Shown here piece by piece: positions 1-9,438 of a DNA stretch of 64,000 nt. A program made the position numbers and the translations under genes. This stretch comes from Candidatus Woesearchaeota archaeon (GTDB taxonomy: Archaea > Nanobdellota > Nanobdellia > Woesearchaeales > SKIA01): positions 1-64,000 of the forward strand of contig JBJKRI010000007.1 in NCBI GenBank assembly GCA_046704725.1, in the 5' to 3' direction. The notes beneath the pieces are model-generated. The model ran no database searches and had not been told where the DNA came from. It saw only the letters and a list, made by a program, of their open reading frames with translations. Every line of letters starts with the position of its first letter. The stretch's first letter is position 1.

Positions 1-1693
1 ACACGTAGCCGCCGGTGTTCTGGACCTGCGACTCAAAGACCTCATGAGAACCGTCTCCATAAAGCGCGTCAAGGTTCTGGACGGTGATCCGCGGGGGCGG
101 GATGATGGTGAAAGTCCCGTTCGAGACAGTCTGATTCGTGTTCACGCCATCCGTGACCATGACCTTGATGAGGTACTGCGTGCCATACGAGAAATCAGAA
201 TTGTTCAGCGTCAATGAGCTCTGGTTGAGGTCGAGAGCGAGAGTGGACCAATTTCCACCATCGTCCGGGCTGATAAGGACAGCGTACTGCAGAGAGTTGT
301 TATCCAAGTCGGATGCGGTCCAATTGATAGTGAAGCTGCTATTGATGACCTCACCTCCATCAGGATAGGAAAGATTGATGGTGGGCGTATGCTTCGAGAC
401 ATTACGAACTGCAAGAGTTTCATTCGTTGATGCGTTCAAGAATACAAAAGAGGAAATATTGTCTGAATACGGCTCGACTATGAGAAATGATCCGTCAGGG
501 GTGGTGCTTCCATTTGCTCCAACTAAGAATGATAGTTGAATTGGAGCCGTTACAATTGCACTTCCATTTTGTGTTCGAATCTGGACTTCAAGTCCGCCAT
601 ACTGCGACAAATTGATGCTATCGGAAACGTTATCATAACAGCCATTCTGAAGGACGTAGAAGTGATCCAATTGAACTTGTGAATTCACGTACGTTCCAGG
701 GATTAAGACAACTCTTCCATTGATGCAGATTTGTTCACTGGCCCCGGACAACTGATTGAGGAGGTGCATATACGACTCCTTGTCGATCCAGCGTCGAAGA
801 TACATTTGCTGGCCCTGATATGTCACTGTGTGATCGAGATTGTAGTTTGTTCCATAATTGTTGTAGAGAAGAACGTTTGAAAGGTAAGTAGAATTAAACG
901 ACAAGCGATTATTGAATAGCCGAACAATCAGGTTCTGAGACTCTATAGGACATCCGTACAGGCCTTCGATTCCGTAAGTGTTCTCACACGATAAATTGAA
1001 GCTGCCGCCAGCATTAGCATTTGGACACGGAAGACTCCCTGCATCCTGTTTGTTCTGCGATGTCCACCTGCTTACATTGTACTCATCGCATAAACCGAAT
1101 GTATGACCAATTTCATGTGCAGCAGTTGTTTCTTTGTAACTGGTCGGGGTTTGAGGTTCCTTGATTGGAATTGCAACTAAACGATCAGTAGAAAAAGATG
1201 TTGGAAATAGAGATCTACAAGAGACCCCGGCGGAGTCGTAAGGAAAGTGATCAACCATCTGCTGTTCAGAAAGAATAAGCACTAAACGATCAGGCATATC
1301 AGCCCCACCAGCAACAATCGCTTTCTTTTGCAAATCATATAAGTATCCACACGCATCTAATCTACTTTGAACTTTGCTTTGTATATTTATTGAATCGATA
1401 TATCTTCTTCGAACCACGGTCGAGTTGTCTTCTAGGGGATAGGTATTCTGCAAATAGCTACTTTCATCTTCAACATAATTGTTGTATGTCTGGTAGTTCA
1501 CTCCAACACCTAACGACTCATAAGTGCTGTTTGCTCCACGTGCATACTCGATAACTAGTGGGCGGGTGTCTACTACACGAATCGGCATAGACAGATAGTT
1601 ATTGCTCATGTTTGTATCTGCAAGAGCTGATGCAGAACCTACTAGAATGAACAACGCAATCAGGATTACACAAAAGGAGCAATTGCTATTCAT
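1..1693 (-). CDS. Large secreted metzincin-type zinc metalloprotease with C-terminal Ig/FN3-like domains (partial, runs off window start)
   Basis: Manual translation from ATG at 1693 (MNSNCSFCVILIALFILVGSASA, signal peptide) stays open to the window edge; HEIGHTFGLCDEY at ~1117-1079; many NxS/T sequons; absent from ORF track because the stop is outside the window. Confidence 0.85.
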   Translation of the reverse strand, partial: MNSNCSFCVILIALFILVGSASALADTNMSNNYLSMPIRVVDTRPLVIEYARGANSTYESLGVGVNYQTYNNYVEDESSYLQNTYPLEDNSTVVRRRYIDSINIQSKVQSRLDACGYLYDLQKKAIVAGGADMPDRLVLILSEQQMVDHFPYDSAGVSCRSLFPTSFSTDRLVAIPIKEPQTPTSYKETTAAHEIGHTFGLCDEYNVSRWTSQNKQDAGSLPCPNANAGGSFNLSCENTYGIEGLYGCPIESQNLIVRLFNNRLSFNSTYLSNVLLYNNYGTNYNLDHTVTYQGQQMYLRRWIDKESYMHLLNQLSGASEQICINGRVVLIPGTYVNSQVQLDHFYVLQNGCYDNVSDSINLSQYGGLEVQIRTQNGSAIVTAPIQLSFLVGANGSTTPDGSFLIVEPYSDNISSFVFLNASTNETLAVRNVSKHTPTINLSYPDGGEVINSSFTINWTASDLDNNSLQYAVLISPDDGGNWSTLALDLNQSSLTLNNSDFSYGTQYLIKVMVTDGVNTNQTVSNGTFTIIPPPRITVQNLDALYGDGSHEVFESQVQNTGGYV

Positions 1694-2207
1694 AGCAGGA
1701 ACTCCAAATGCGCGAGTCATTAATCAGAGTACATGCCGAATAATTACGCGATATTCCCACATACGCCAAAGTACATAAGTCGCGCGACTGTTGCGAAGGC
1801 ATCGCTTGACAACCAGCAAGATTTCCTTCAGTCGCGTATTGATTGCAGAGGTTGGGCGCTATAGTGTTGAATTTTTGGCCAAGTATCACATATGCGCACG
1901 GGGAAAGAACGCATTCAGTATATCCTACCCCATGAAGCGGCAAATAGCCTTGAATCGCGCAGTGACACCGCTGCTGTCCTAGAAAGTCAATGCATTGAAT
2001 ATCCGTCAACGCTCCAGAGACAGCGTGATTGGGTCGAGCAATATGTGGAAGCCATAAGTATGAATCAGTAGTTTGCCAAGCAACCTGAGTTGGCACAGTG
2101 TAGTAGGAAGAGAAGAGCGAATATGCAATAAGCAATATGAACACTAGCGAAATCACAACTACAAGCATAACAATCAAAGGGTTCAAGGAACGCACTCTTT
2201 CTCTCAC
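1686..2207 (-). CDS. Membrane-anchored Cys-rich protein
   Basis: N-terminal TM helix then repeated Cys motifs; overlaps neighbours at both ends. Confidence 0.7.
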   Translation of the reverse strand: MRERVRSLNPLIVMLVVVISLVFILLIAYSLFSSYYTVPTQVAWQTTDSYLWLPHIARPNHAVSGALTDIQCIDFLGQQRCHCAIQGYLPLHGVGYTECVLSPCAYVILGQKFNTIAPNLCNQYATEGNLAGCQAMPSQQSRDLCTLAYVGISRNYSACTLINDSRIWSSCYE

Positions 2208-2569
2208 GATATCTCCTCCACACTCGCATTCAAAGTAAGGTTGTCTCCAGCCACATCCGGATTGAACTTAAAGACAAACCACACATTTTGACCAGGATCA
2301 ACTGTGTGGTTGTTCCAGTTCCCGAATGTGTAGAATATATCTCGTTCCATCATCAGCGACTCTCCATTGAACCACGCTTGCACATACGCCTTGGCAGGAC
2401 TCGTACCATAGTTCGTCACGTTCACCACGACATACCCGCTCTTTCCTTCCACCATCGGCACGTTCGGAATGACTTGGATCGGGATGATATTCACAATCGC
2501 ACGACCCCCAATACGGCCGTCCCATGACCATCCGTATCCGTGTAGTTGCTCGAATTCACACAGTCTCAT
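2204..2569 (-). CDS. CARDB/Ig-like domain protein
   Basis: IQVIPNVPMVEGKSGYVVVNVTNYG beta-rich motif; stop overlaps next start (GTGA). Confidence 0.55.
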   Translation of the reverse strand: MRLCEFEQLHGYGWSWDGRIGGRAIVNIIPIQVIPNVPMVEGKSGYVVVNVTNYGTSPAKAYVQAWFNGESLMMERDIFYTFGNWNNHTVDPGQNVWFVFKFNPDVAGDNLTLNASVEEIS

Positions 2570-2683
2570 TGCAACCCCCTCACATCGCCAGGCCGGAGCC
2601 CGTATCGACTCCCGCTCTCCGGGAACAACAGAACATAAAGCTGCCGATTCCAGAAAAGAGCGCTAGAATAGAGTCTCCTGATT

Positions 2684-2708
2684 GAAGAAGAAAAAGAGAA
2701 GAAAAGAA
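2684..2708 (-). terminator. T-rich archaeal terminator after rpoK
   Basis: Purine run GAAGAAGAAAAAGAGAAGAAAAGAA on + is a U-rich tract on - directly after the stop. Confidence 0.5.
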
Positions 2709-2709
2709 T

Positions 2710-2916
2710 TCAGCGTCCGGGCTTCGGACGCTTGACGTCGAGCGGGAACTTGCCCGCGGCGAACTCTCGCTTCGCGATCTCTATCGGGTTGTACTTGAGG
2801 GCGACGAGCTCGTCCTCCGACAGCTCGACGAGTATCGGCGCTCCCTGGCTGATCTGCAGGGCGCGAGAGCCGATCAGGCGTGCCCGCTCGAACACCGTGT
2901 ATTTCGTCTCGGTCAT
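2710..2916 (-). CDS. rpoK: RNA polymerase subunit K (Rpo6)
   Basis: MTETKYTVFERARLIGSRALQISQGAP; start corrected to ATG 2916 overlapping rrp42 stop. Confidence 0.95.
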   Translation of the reverse strand: MTETKYTVFERARLIGSRALQISQGAPILVELSEDELVALKYNPIEIAKREFAAGKFPLDVKRPKPGR

Positions 2917-3695
2917 TTCTTGAGCGCCTCGCGGATCTTCTTTCCTTCGCGCACGCTGATCTCGACCATCTTCTCGATGTCCTCGACCGACAGGGGTCCC
3001 GCGCCGCCTTTCTGCATGGCGCAGAGCTTGCCGTCGTCGAGCGTCGCGATCGTCAATCGTGCGTCGTAGTTCTCCTCCTCGGCTTCTGTGGGGTCCACGA
3101 GGAGCGTGTCTCCGTACTTGAAGACCGTGATCGCGACCGGGATCTTCGACAAGGGCAGCTTCTCGTCCGAGACGTGCTCGAGGTCGTAGGTGCCGTCCTC
3201 CTTCTTGAGGGGGATGCGGGCGTCCTGCAAGGCCGCCATGGCGGCGATCGCTCCCAGGTCGATCATGTTGCCGTCGAACGCGACGGGCATGAGGTCGACC
3301 GCGACGAACAATGCTTGCTCGCCGGGAGTGATGCACAATGCCTTGGTGTCGATGGTCTTGCTCTCACGGATGGTGCGGTCCACGACGCGCGCGGATTCGA
3401 TGCTGTCGATCTTGGGCGGGCCGGGCTCGAACTTCCGGTGCGAGAGCGGGAGCATCTCGTTGGCGATCATGAGCCCGCCGTCGTTCGGCGTGTCCGGGTA
3501 CGGCTTGTTCACGTCGATCTTGACGCCGGCGACGACGATAGCGTTGCCCGCGGTGACGCGTGCGCTGCCGTGCGCTGTGCTGCTCACGCCGCGCTCGATG
3601 GTCAGGCTCCTGAACTGCTTGAGCTTTCGCCCGTCGCGTCGGACGCCTTTTTGCAGAGCGTCGTCGAAGTGCTTTTTCATGTTCTCGTTGGTCAT
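2913..3695 (-). CDS. rrp42: Exosome subunit Rrp42
   Basis: RRDGRKLKQFR, PYPDTPNDG, ARVVDRTIRES; operon context. Confidence 0.96.
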   Translation of the reverse strand: MTNENMKKHFDDALQKGVRRDGRKLKQFRSLTIERGVSSTAHGSARVTAGNAIVVAGVKIDVNKPYPDTPNDGGLMIANEMLPLSHRKFEPGPPKIDSIESARVVDRTIRESKTIDTKALCITPGEQALFVAVDLMPVAFDGNMIDLGAIAAMAALQDARIPLKKEDGTYDLEHVSDEKLPLSKIPVAITVFKYGDTLLVDPTEAEEENYDARLTIATLDDGKLCAMQKGGAGPLSVEDIEKMVEISVREGKKIREALKK

Positions 3696-4459
3696 TGCTT
3701 GGCCTCCTTCGACTTCTTGACGCCGAATTCCTTCTTGATCTCCTCGACGCCCTCGATCTTGTCTTGGTATCTGTCCAGCAATGCTTGCCGCTGGACCTCC
3801 GAGACGCGTGCGACAGCGTCCTTGCCCTCCTTGATCGCCTTGATCAGGATGGCGGGGTCGGTGATGCCGTCCATCTGGAGCAGCGTGATCTCCCCGGTGT
3901 TGGGGATGACCGCGATCGGGATGTCCGCGACCTCGGTGTCTACGTGCTCTTCCTCGCCGTCGAGGTCGACGATGATGTTGCCGTCGATGTGTCCGACCGC
4001 CAGTGCGGCGACCATGTCCTTCATGGCCACGCCCGCATCAGCGAGCGCGATGGCTGCCGCGCAGATGGCTGCGCAGCGGCTGCCCGCGTCCGTCTCGACG
4101 AACTCGACGAAGACGTCAACAACGGCGTTCGGGTATTCTGAGAGGTCCAGCACTGGAGAAAGTGCGTTCTCCATGACCATGCTGATCTCTTTCGCGCGCC
4201 GGTTCGGCCCGGGGCGTCCCCTGTTGCCGGGTCCGCTGAAGGGCTGCATGTTGTAGGTGCAGCGCAGGATCCCTGTCTTGGGGTTCTGCATGTGCCTCGG
4301 GTGCAGCTCTTGGGGTCCGTAGACCGCCGCGTACGCCGTGCTGTTGCCGATCTTGAAGTAGGCGCTTCCGTCCGCTTGCGGGATCACGCCCGCTTTCGCG
4401 GTGATCTTCCGTGGTTCGTCCCACTTGCGTCCGTCGTGTCGCTTGAATTTCTCTGCCAT
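3692..4459 (-). CDS. rrp41: Exosome subunit Rrp41
   Basis: RNase PH motifs ADGSAY, YGPQE, DAGSR. Confidence 0.97.
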   Translation of the reverse strand: MAEKFKRHDGRKWDEPRKITAKAGVIPQADGSAYFKIGNSTAYAAVYGPQELHPRHMQNPKTGILRCTYNMQPFSGPGNRGRPGPNRRAKEISMVMENALSPVLDLSEYPNAVVDVFVEFVETDAGSRCAAICAAAIALADAGVAMKDMVAALAVGHIDGNIIVDLDGEEEHVDTEVADIPIAVIPNTGEITLLQMDGITDPAILIKAIKEGKDAVARVSEVQRQALLDRYQDKIEGVEEIKKEFGVKKSKEAKQ

Positions 4460-4460
4460 T

Positions 4461-5162
4461 TCACTCGACCTCCTTTCCGGTGACTTCCTCGAGCAGTTGC
4501 TTGACGGTCTGCGTGAGTCCGCTCAGGTGGCTGTTGTGCTCGATGAGGTGGATGACCTCGATGATGAGGTTCTCCATCTCCGGCTCTCCGCTCACCCAGA
4601 TCACGCCGTTCTGTCCGACCATGACGTCGCAGTCCGTCGCTTTCTTGAGCATGGTGACCATGCTTCCGCGCTTGCCGATGATGCGGGGCACCTTGCTCGG
4701 GTTGGCCTCGATCACCGTGCCGGCGCCGAGCTTTCGCAGGCCCGGTCCGCGCATGGTCACGTCCACGAGGTTCTGGCTCGTGACCTGCGTGATCTTGCAG
4801 GCCACCCAGTCGTCGAGGGCGAAGTAGCGCGTGAGGTCCTCTCCGCGCTTGATATAGTCGTTGCTCGCCTCCATGAGGGAGAGCACGGCGTCGTACATGG
4901 TGTGCAGGTCGACTCTCCAACCCGAGAGAAGCACGTCGCTGACGCGCCCGACGACGATGTCGCCTTTCTTGGGCAGGTATCGGCCCGCGAGCTGGATGGT
5001 CTTGATGACCTTCCCGTCCACTTGCACAAGGCCGAGGCTGTTCGCGAGTATCTTGTCCTTGCTTCGATAGGTCCCTTTGCTCGGCAGGTAGTCCATACCT
5101 GTGGCGAGCACTTGTCCGGGAACCACGATGCTTCTTTCTTCTACGTGTAGTTCTGATGCCAT
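4461..5162 (-). CDS. rrp4: Exosome RNA-binding subunit Rrp4
   Basis: IVVPGQ, S1 domain, KH motif VPRIIGKRGSM, GQNGVIW; start at MASELH. Confidence 0.96.
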   Translation of the reverse strand: MASELHVEERSIVVPGQVLATGMDYLPSKGTYRSKDKILANSLGLVQVDGKVIKTIQLAGRYLPKKGDIVVGRVSDVLLSGWRVDLHTMYDAVLSLMEASNDYIKRGEDLTRYFALDDWVACKITQVTSQNLVDVTMRGPGLRKLGAGTVIEANPSKVPRIIGKRGSMVTMLKKATDCDVMVGQNGVIWVSGEPEMENLIIEVIHLIEHNSHLSGLTQTVKQLLEEVTGKEVE

Positions 5163-5167
5163 TATCT

Positions 5168-5890
5168 TTACCGTTGTTCGTGTTTTTCTATCTCCACGTC
5201 TCCGTGGGTCTTGCTCGACAGGTCGTCGACCAGGGCGTTGTAGCGCCCCGCGGGCAGTTCCACGCTCGCGGCCAGGCTTCCGTCGCTGAGCCATTGCTCT
5301 TTGACGATGCTGCCGTATTGCGTGAGCGCCCCGTAGCACTTGGCCGCGTGTTCCGCGGGCAGGCGTACGTCGGCGATGAATGTCGTGAATTTGATGGGGA
5401 GGATGGGTTGCAGCTTGTGCACCGCGTCCTTGACCTGGTCTTCTGCCGGCCGCAGCGGGTCGATGCGTACTTTCGCTTCCTCCATGGCGCGCCTGATGCG
5501 TTCCTCCGGATGGACGACGCCTGTCTGCGGGTTGATCGCGTTCATGTGGATGATGCTGACGACCTTGTTGTACTTGGCCTCGGCCATCCTGTCGCGGTGC
5601 TCTTGGGTGAGCTGTATCTCCCCGTCGCGCAGCACGATCGCCGCGACCGCCAATGGTTCTGTCGTTCCGAAGAGGCTTTCCATGTGCTCCTCGCTCGCGA
5701 GTTCCCCTTTCTTGGCGTCCGCCCAGATCTTCTCCGAGTTGAGGGCGTCCTTGACCTCTGCCTTCCCGGCTTTGGCTTCCAAGGCGATATCCGGGTCGAT
5801 GACGACCTCGAAGGTCTCCCCTCCCTTGCGTAGCCGGGCCACGTTTATCGAGAATCGCTCGTGGTCGTATGTCGGGCCGCCTTTGGCCAT
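5168..5890 (-). CDS. sdo1: Ribosome maturation protein SBDS/Sdo1
   Basis: ARLRKGGETFEV, INPQTGVVHPEERI; conserved position. Confidence 0.95.
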   Translation of the reverse strand: MAKGGPTYDHERFSINVARLRKGGETFEVVIDPDIALEAKAGKAEVKDALNSEKIWADAKKGELASEEHMESLFGTTEPLAVAAIVLRDGEIQLTQEHRDRMAEAKYNKVVSIIHMNAINPQTGVVHPEERIRRAMEEAKVRIDPLRPAEDQVKDAVHKLQPILPIKFTTFIADVRLPAEHAAKCYGALTQYGSIVKEQWLSDGSLAASVELPAGRYNALVDDLSSKTHGDVEIEKHEQR

Positions 5891-5891
5891 C

Positions 5892-6602
5892 CTACAAGTA
5901 CCCCTTGATCTCCGCGTCCGTCAGGCGGACGGTCTTCTTGTCCTGGTCCACGTACGCGCAGTCGATGCGTTGCTCGTCGAGCTCCTCGCCGAGCACGCGC
6001 TTCATGACGCTGATCGCGAGCGTGATGCCTTCCTTGATGGTCAATGTCTTCTTCCATTCCTTTCGGAGGAGTTCGCTCGCCTCGTCGGCCTTCTCGCCGA
6101 TTGCCGTCGCGCGGTATTCGCTGTAGACGCCGACCGGGTCGAGGCTGTAGAGCCGCACTCCGCTCTTGTCGACGCCCGCGATCAGCACGGCGACGCCGAA
6201 CGGCCTGTAGCCGCCGCTCTGGGTGGTCATCTGCATGAGTCCTGACAGGTCCTTGACCACGCTGATGATGTCCACGGGACTGTCGAAGGTGATCTGGTGC
6301 TGCTGGGCGCGCGTCTGTGCGCGCTCGACGAGCACGCGCGCGTCCGGGATGATCCCTGACGCGGTGCTGATGATGTGGTCGTCCACCTGGAAGATCTTCT
6401 CCACGCTCTCGCTGATGATGAGCGAGTCCACGATGCGCTTGTCCGTGACGAGCACGACGCCTTCCTTGCAGGTGATGCCGATGGCCGTGCTCCCTTGCTT
6501 CACGGTCTTTTTCGCGTACTCGACCTGGAGGAGCCTGCCGTCTGGCGAGAACATCGTGATTGCCCTGTCGTATCCCATCATTTGGTGTTGTGCCGGCTGC
6601 AT
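5892..6602 (-). CDS. psmA: Proteasome alpha subunit
   Basis: GYDRAITMFSPDGRLLQVEYA signature. Confidence 0.98.
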   Translation of the reverse strand: MQPAQHQMMGYDRAITMFSPDGRLLQVEYAKKTVKQGSTAIGITCKEGVVLVTDKRIVDSLIISESVEKIFQVDDHIISTASGIIPDARVLVERAQTRAQQHQITFDSPVDIISVVKDLSGLMQMTTQSGGYRPFGVAVLIAGVDKSGVRLYSLDPVGVYSEYRATAIGEKADEASELLRKEWKKTLTIKEGITLAISVMKRVLGEELDEQRIDCAYVDQDKKTVRLTDAEIKGYL

Positions 6603-6623
6603 ATCGTTTCTCCGGACGAGAAG

Positions 6624-6902
6624 TCAGTCCAGGCGTTCCCGGGCTTTCCGCAGGGTGCCGCTCACAATCACCGAATGCTTGCCGCACCACGCGATCGCCG
6701 CTTTCAGGCGGTCCACGCTGGTGTGCGAGACGCGCAGGATGCTCTTGTCCTTTCGCCACTCGACGGGCATGATGCCCGCTTTGGCGGCTCCGTGGATGCC
6801 GAACAGCTCTGCGAACGCTTCGGTGACCGCGAGGTCGTCTGCGGGCGCGTATACCACGTATCGCTTCTTTTCGCGGAGCGTCGGCGGGAATGCGCGCGCC
6901 AT
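6624..6902 (-). CDS. pop5: RNase P protein Pop5/Rpp14
   Basis: PPTLREKKRY...VSGTLRKAR; upstream of psmA. Confidence 0.9.
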   Translation of the reverse strand: MARAFPPTLREKKRYVVYAPADDLAVTEAFAELFGIHGAAKAGIMPVEWRKDKSILRVSHTSVDRLKAAIAWCGKHSVIVSGTLRKARERLD

Positions 6903-7026
6903 CAGAGAAGGTGCCTCACGTCGTCTTTCCTCTCGTTCTGTCTCGCGGGAAGAGACGGGTGTTTATAAAGGTTATTACATCAGCATAGACGGAGCGTTTA
7001 TAAACAGATTGCTGGTTTCCATCCCC

Positions 7027-7305
7027 ATGGATGACGAGCAATCTGACATCTCCTGGCGGCGTCTTGCCGCCGGAGCGGCTTTCGGGGGCATATGCGGTAT
7101 CCTCGGGGGTGCCGGTGCATTCGGTCTGGCAGATGCCGCAGACATGTCCTTCCGCCACGGCCTGGAATCCACCTTCGCGATGTTCGCATTGGCGTACACG
7201 GCCGGCTATCTGCTGGCCACGGGCAAGGAACTGCGGCGTTTCATTCGCCTGGACACGTATGAGACCGAGGCTCCACGAAGGGATTATCGGGTTTCACCCG
7301 ACTGA
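7027..7305 (+). CDS. Small membrane protein, hypothetical
   Basis: TTTATAAA box upstream; two hydrophobic helices. Confidence 0.6.
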   Translation: MDDEQSDISWRRLAAGAAFGGICGILGGAGAFGLADAADMSFRHGLESTFAMFALAYTAGYLLATGKELRRFIRLDTYETEAPRRDYRVSPD

Positions 7306-8624
7306 ACGAACGGTTCTACGAGCCCTTCCGCCTCTTTCTCGAGCGCGTCGTAGGTGTCCTTGTCCTTCGCTTCCCAGCACACCCGCACCAATGGCTGCGT
7401 GTTGCTCCCGCGGATGCTCACCCACCAGTCCGTGCCGTCGCAGAGCACGCCGTCCATCGTATTCACCGTTCCTCGCGACGCATAGTGCTTCTTCGCCGCA
7501 GCAATCACGGCGTCGCGGTCGGTCACCGTGTAGTTGTGCTCGACGCTCGTCAGGTAGTTCTCGCGATACTCCTTGATATTGTCGGCCAGCGTCCCTTTCA
7601 TATGCTTGAGGACCAATAGCAGGCACAGCAATCCGTTCTCCGCAGTGTAGCTCTCCTTGAGGAAAGTGTGGCCGCTCTTCTCGATGCCCAGCAGCAAGTC
7701 GTGCTCCACCATCACTTTTTGCACGTTGGCATGACCGACCTTCGTGAGCACGAAGCGCCCGTCCTTGCGCTCGATCGCGTCGCGCACCGCGTGGCTGCTG
7801 CTCACCGTCGCCGAGCCGCCGTCGCCCTTCTTGAAGAGCAGCTCCACGAGCAGCGCTCCCATGTAGTCGGGCGGGACGAGCTTTCCCTGCTCGTCCACGA
7901 AGAAACTCCTGTCGCCGTCGGCGTCGAAGACCAGGCCGATGCAGTGCCGCATCCCCGCGTAGTCCTTGGCGGCGTCGGTGGCTCCCTCGTCCAATGGATT
8001 CGGCGAGTGCACCTTGAATTCCGGGTCGATCTGGGTGTAGTAGAGCGTGAACGGATAGTCCCCGGCCTCCATGAGCGCAGCAGCCTCCCGGCCCACGGGC
8101 CCGCCGCTCGCGTCGATGAAGACCTCCCTGTCCGTCTTCGGGAGGAAATCGCTGATGAATCGCGCGAACTCCTCGGCGTGGTCGTGCGCTGTGCGCTCGC
8201 CGCGCTCGTTCTTCACGGGCTTCGCCAACAACGGCTTGAGTTCGAACAACCCTTCCTCCTTGCCGATCGCCAATCCCCCTTTCCCGATGAGCTTGAAGCC
8301 GTTGTATTCTTTCGGGTTGTGGCTCGCGGTGACCATGACGCCCGCGGGATGGTTGTGGTGCGCGACCACCCATTTCATCTGCGGCGTGCTCACCAGGCCC
8401 GCATCGATGACATCGCATCCCGCGTCCAATAATCCTCCGATCAGCGCTTCGTGCAGCTTCTCGCTCGTGGCCCGGCCGTCCCTGCCGACCACGCATCTTG
8501 TCAGCTTGGCGTGCCGCGAAAAAGCGTTGCCGATGGCGTACGCGAACTCTTCTGTGATCTCCGTGTCCGCTATCCCGCGCACGTCGTAGTCCTTGAAGAC
8601 GCGGTCAATGATCGCGGTGTCCAT
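7284..8624 (-). CDS. Phosphomannomutase/phosphoglucomutase
   Basis: FKDYDVRG, TASHNP, FDADGDR motifs. Confidence 0.95.
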   Translation of the reverse strand: MDTAIIDRVFKDYDVRGIADTEITEEFAYAIGNAFSRHAKLTRCVVGRDGRATSEKLHEALIGGLLDAGCDVIDAGLVSTPQMKWVVAHHNHPAGVMVTASHNPKEYNGFKLIGKGGLAIGKEEGLFELKPLLAKPVKNERGERTAHDHAEEFARFISDFLPKTDREVFIDASGGPVGREAAALMEAGDYPFTLYYTQIDPEFKVHSPNPLDEGATDAAKDYAGMRHCIGLVFDADGDRSFFVDEQGKLVPPDYMGALLVELLFKKGDGGSATVSSSHAVRDAIERKDGRFVLTKVGHANVQKVMVEHDLLLGIEKSGHTFLKESYTAENGLLCLLLVLKHMKGTLADNIKEYRENYLTSVEHNYTVTDRDAVIAAAKKHYASRGTVNTMDGVLCDGTDWWVSIRGSNTQPLVRVCWEAKDKDTYDALEKEAEGLVEPFVQSGETR

Positions 8625-9399
8625 GCGCTGCTCCGTGTTCGTGGTCGCTGTATTCTCCTGAGAAATGGTATCCATAGAGTCTGTCCTCTTTCGCGAGCTT
8701 GGGGAAGATGTCGTACTCGATCTTCGCGTAGCCGTTGGGCACGATGTCCAGCACTTCGGGCTCCATGATGTAGATGCCCGCGCTGATGAGGTTGCTGGGC
8801 GCGTGCGCCTTGTCGGGCTTCTCGACGAATGTGATGATGCGGTTCCCGTTGAGCAGTGCGACGCCGTACTCTCCCGGATTCGGTACGGTGGTCAACGCGA
8901 TGGTGCATAGTCCTGCGTGCTCCTTGTGGAAGGCGTACATGTCCTTGATGTTCACTTCCTTGAACTCGTCGCCGTTGGTGAGGATGAATGGCCCGTCGAT
9001 ATACGGCCGCGCGAGGTGCAGCGCGCCCGCGGTCCCCATGGGGCTGCTCTCGCGCACGTAGCGCAGCTCCATATCGTATTGCCTGCTGTCTCCGAGCGCG
9101 TCGCGGATGCGTTCGGGGTCCGCGCTGATGATGACCGCTTCGGGGATGCCCGCCGCGGACAGCAGTTCGATGTTGTGCACGAGCACGGGCTTTCCGTGGA
9201 TGGGCTTGAGGACCGCGTCGATCTGTGCTTTGGTCGCGCCGCCGAGCACGATGGCCTGGCGCGGGATGTCCCCGTCCAGCGCCTGGTGCAGGAGGATCTC
9301 CATGGCGTGGCTGCGGTTCTTCACGCCGCGCCCGTCGACGGACGAGTCGATGAGCTTGAGCAGGTTTCTGTCGAGCGTGACCGTGACGCGTTCCTTCAT
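8605..9399 (-). CDS. Ribbon-helix-helix domain fused to sugar-phosphate nucleotidyltransferase-like domain
   Basis: N-term KERVTVTLD...NRSHAME (RHH); PMGTAGAL, LTNGD, FVEKP, SAGIY. Confidence 0.85.
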   Translation of the reverse strand: MKERVTVTLDRNLLKLIDSSVDGRGVKNRSHAMEILLHQALDGDIPRQAIVLGGATKAQIDAVLKPIHGKPVLVHNIELLSAAGIPEAVIISADPERIRDALGDSRQYDMELRYVRESSPMGTAGALHLARPYIDGPFILTNGDEFKEVNIKDMYAFHKEHAGLCTIALTTVPNPGEYGVALLNGNRIITFVEKPDKAHAPSNLISAGIYIMEPEVLDIVPNGYAKIEYDIFPKLAKEDRLYGYHFSGEYSDHEHGAAHGHRDH

Positions 9400-9438
9400 C
9401 GCGGGTCACACTTCCTCATATTTCTTAAGCGTTTGCGT

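Noticed and set aside
6916-7199. Small - strand ORFs upstream of pop5 as Rpp30 or L15e
   Set aside because: No matching motifs; the region holds divergent TATA boxes and a + strand membrane gene
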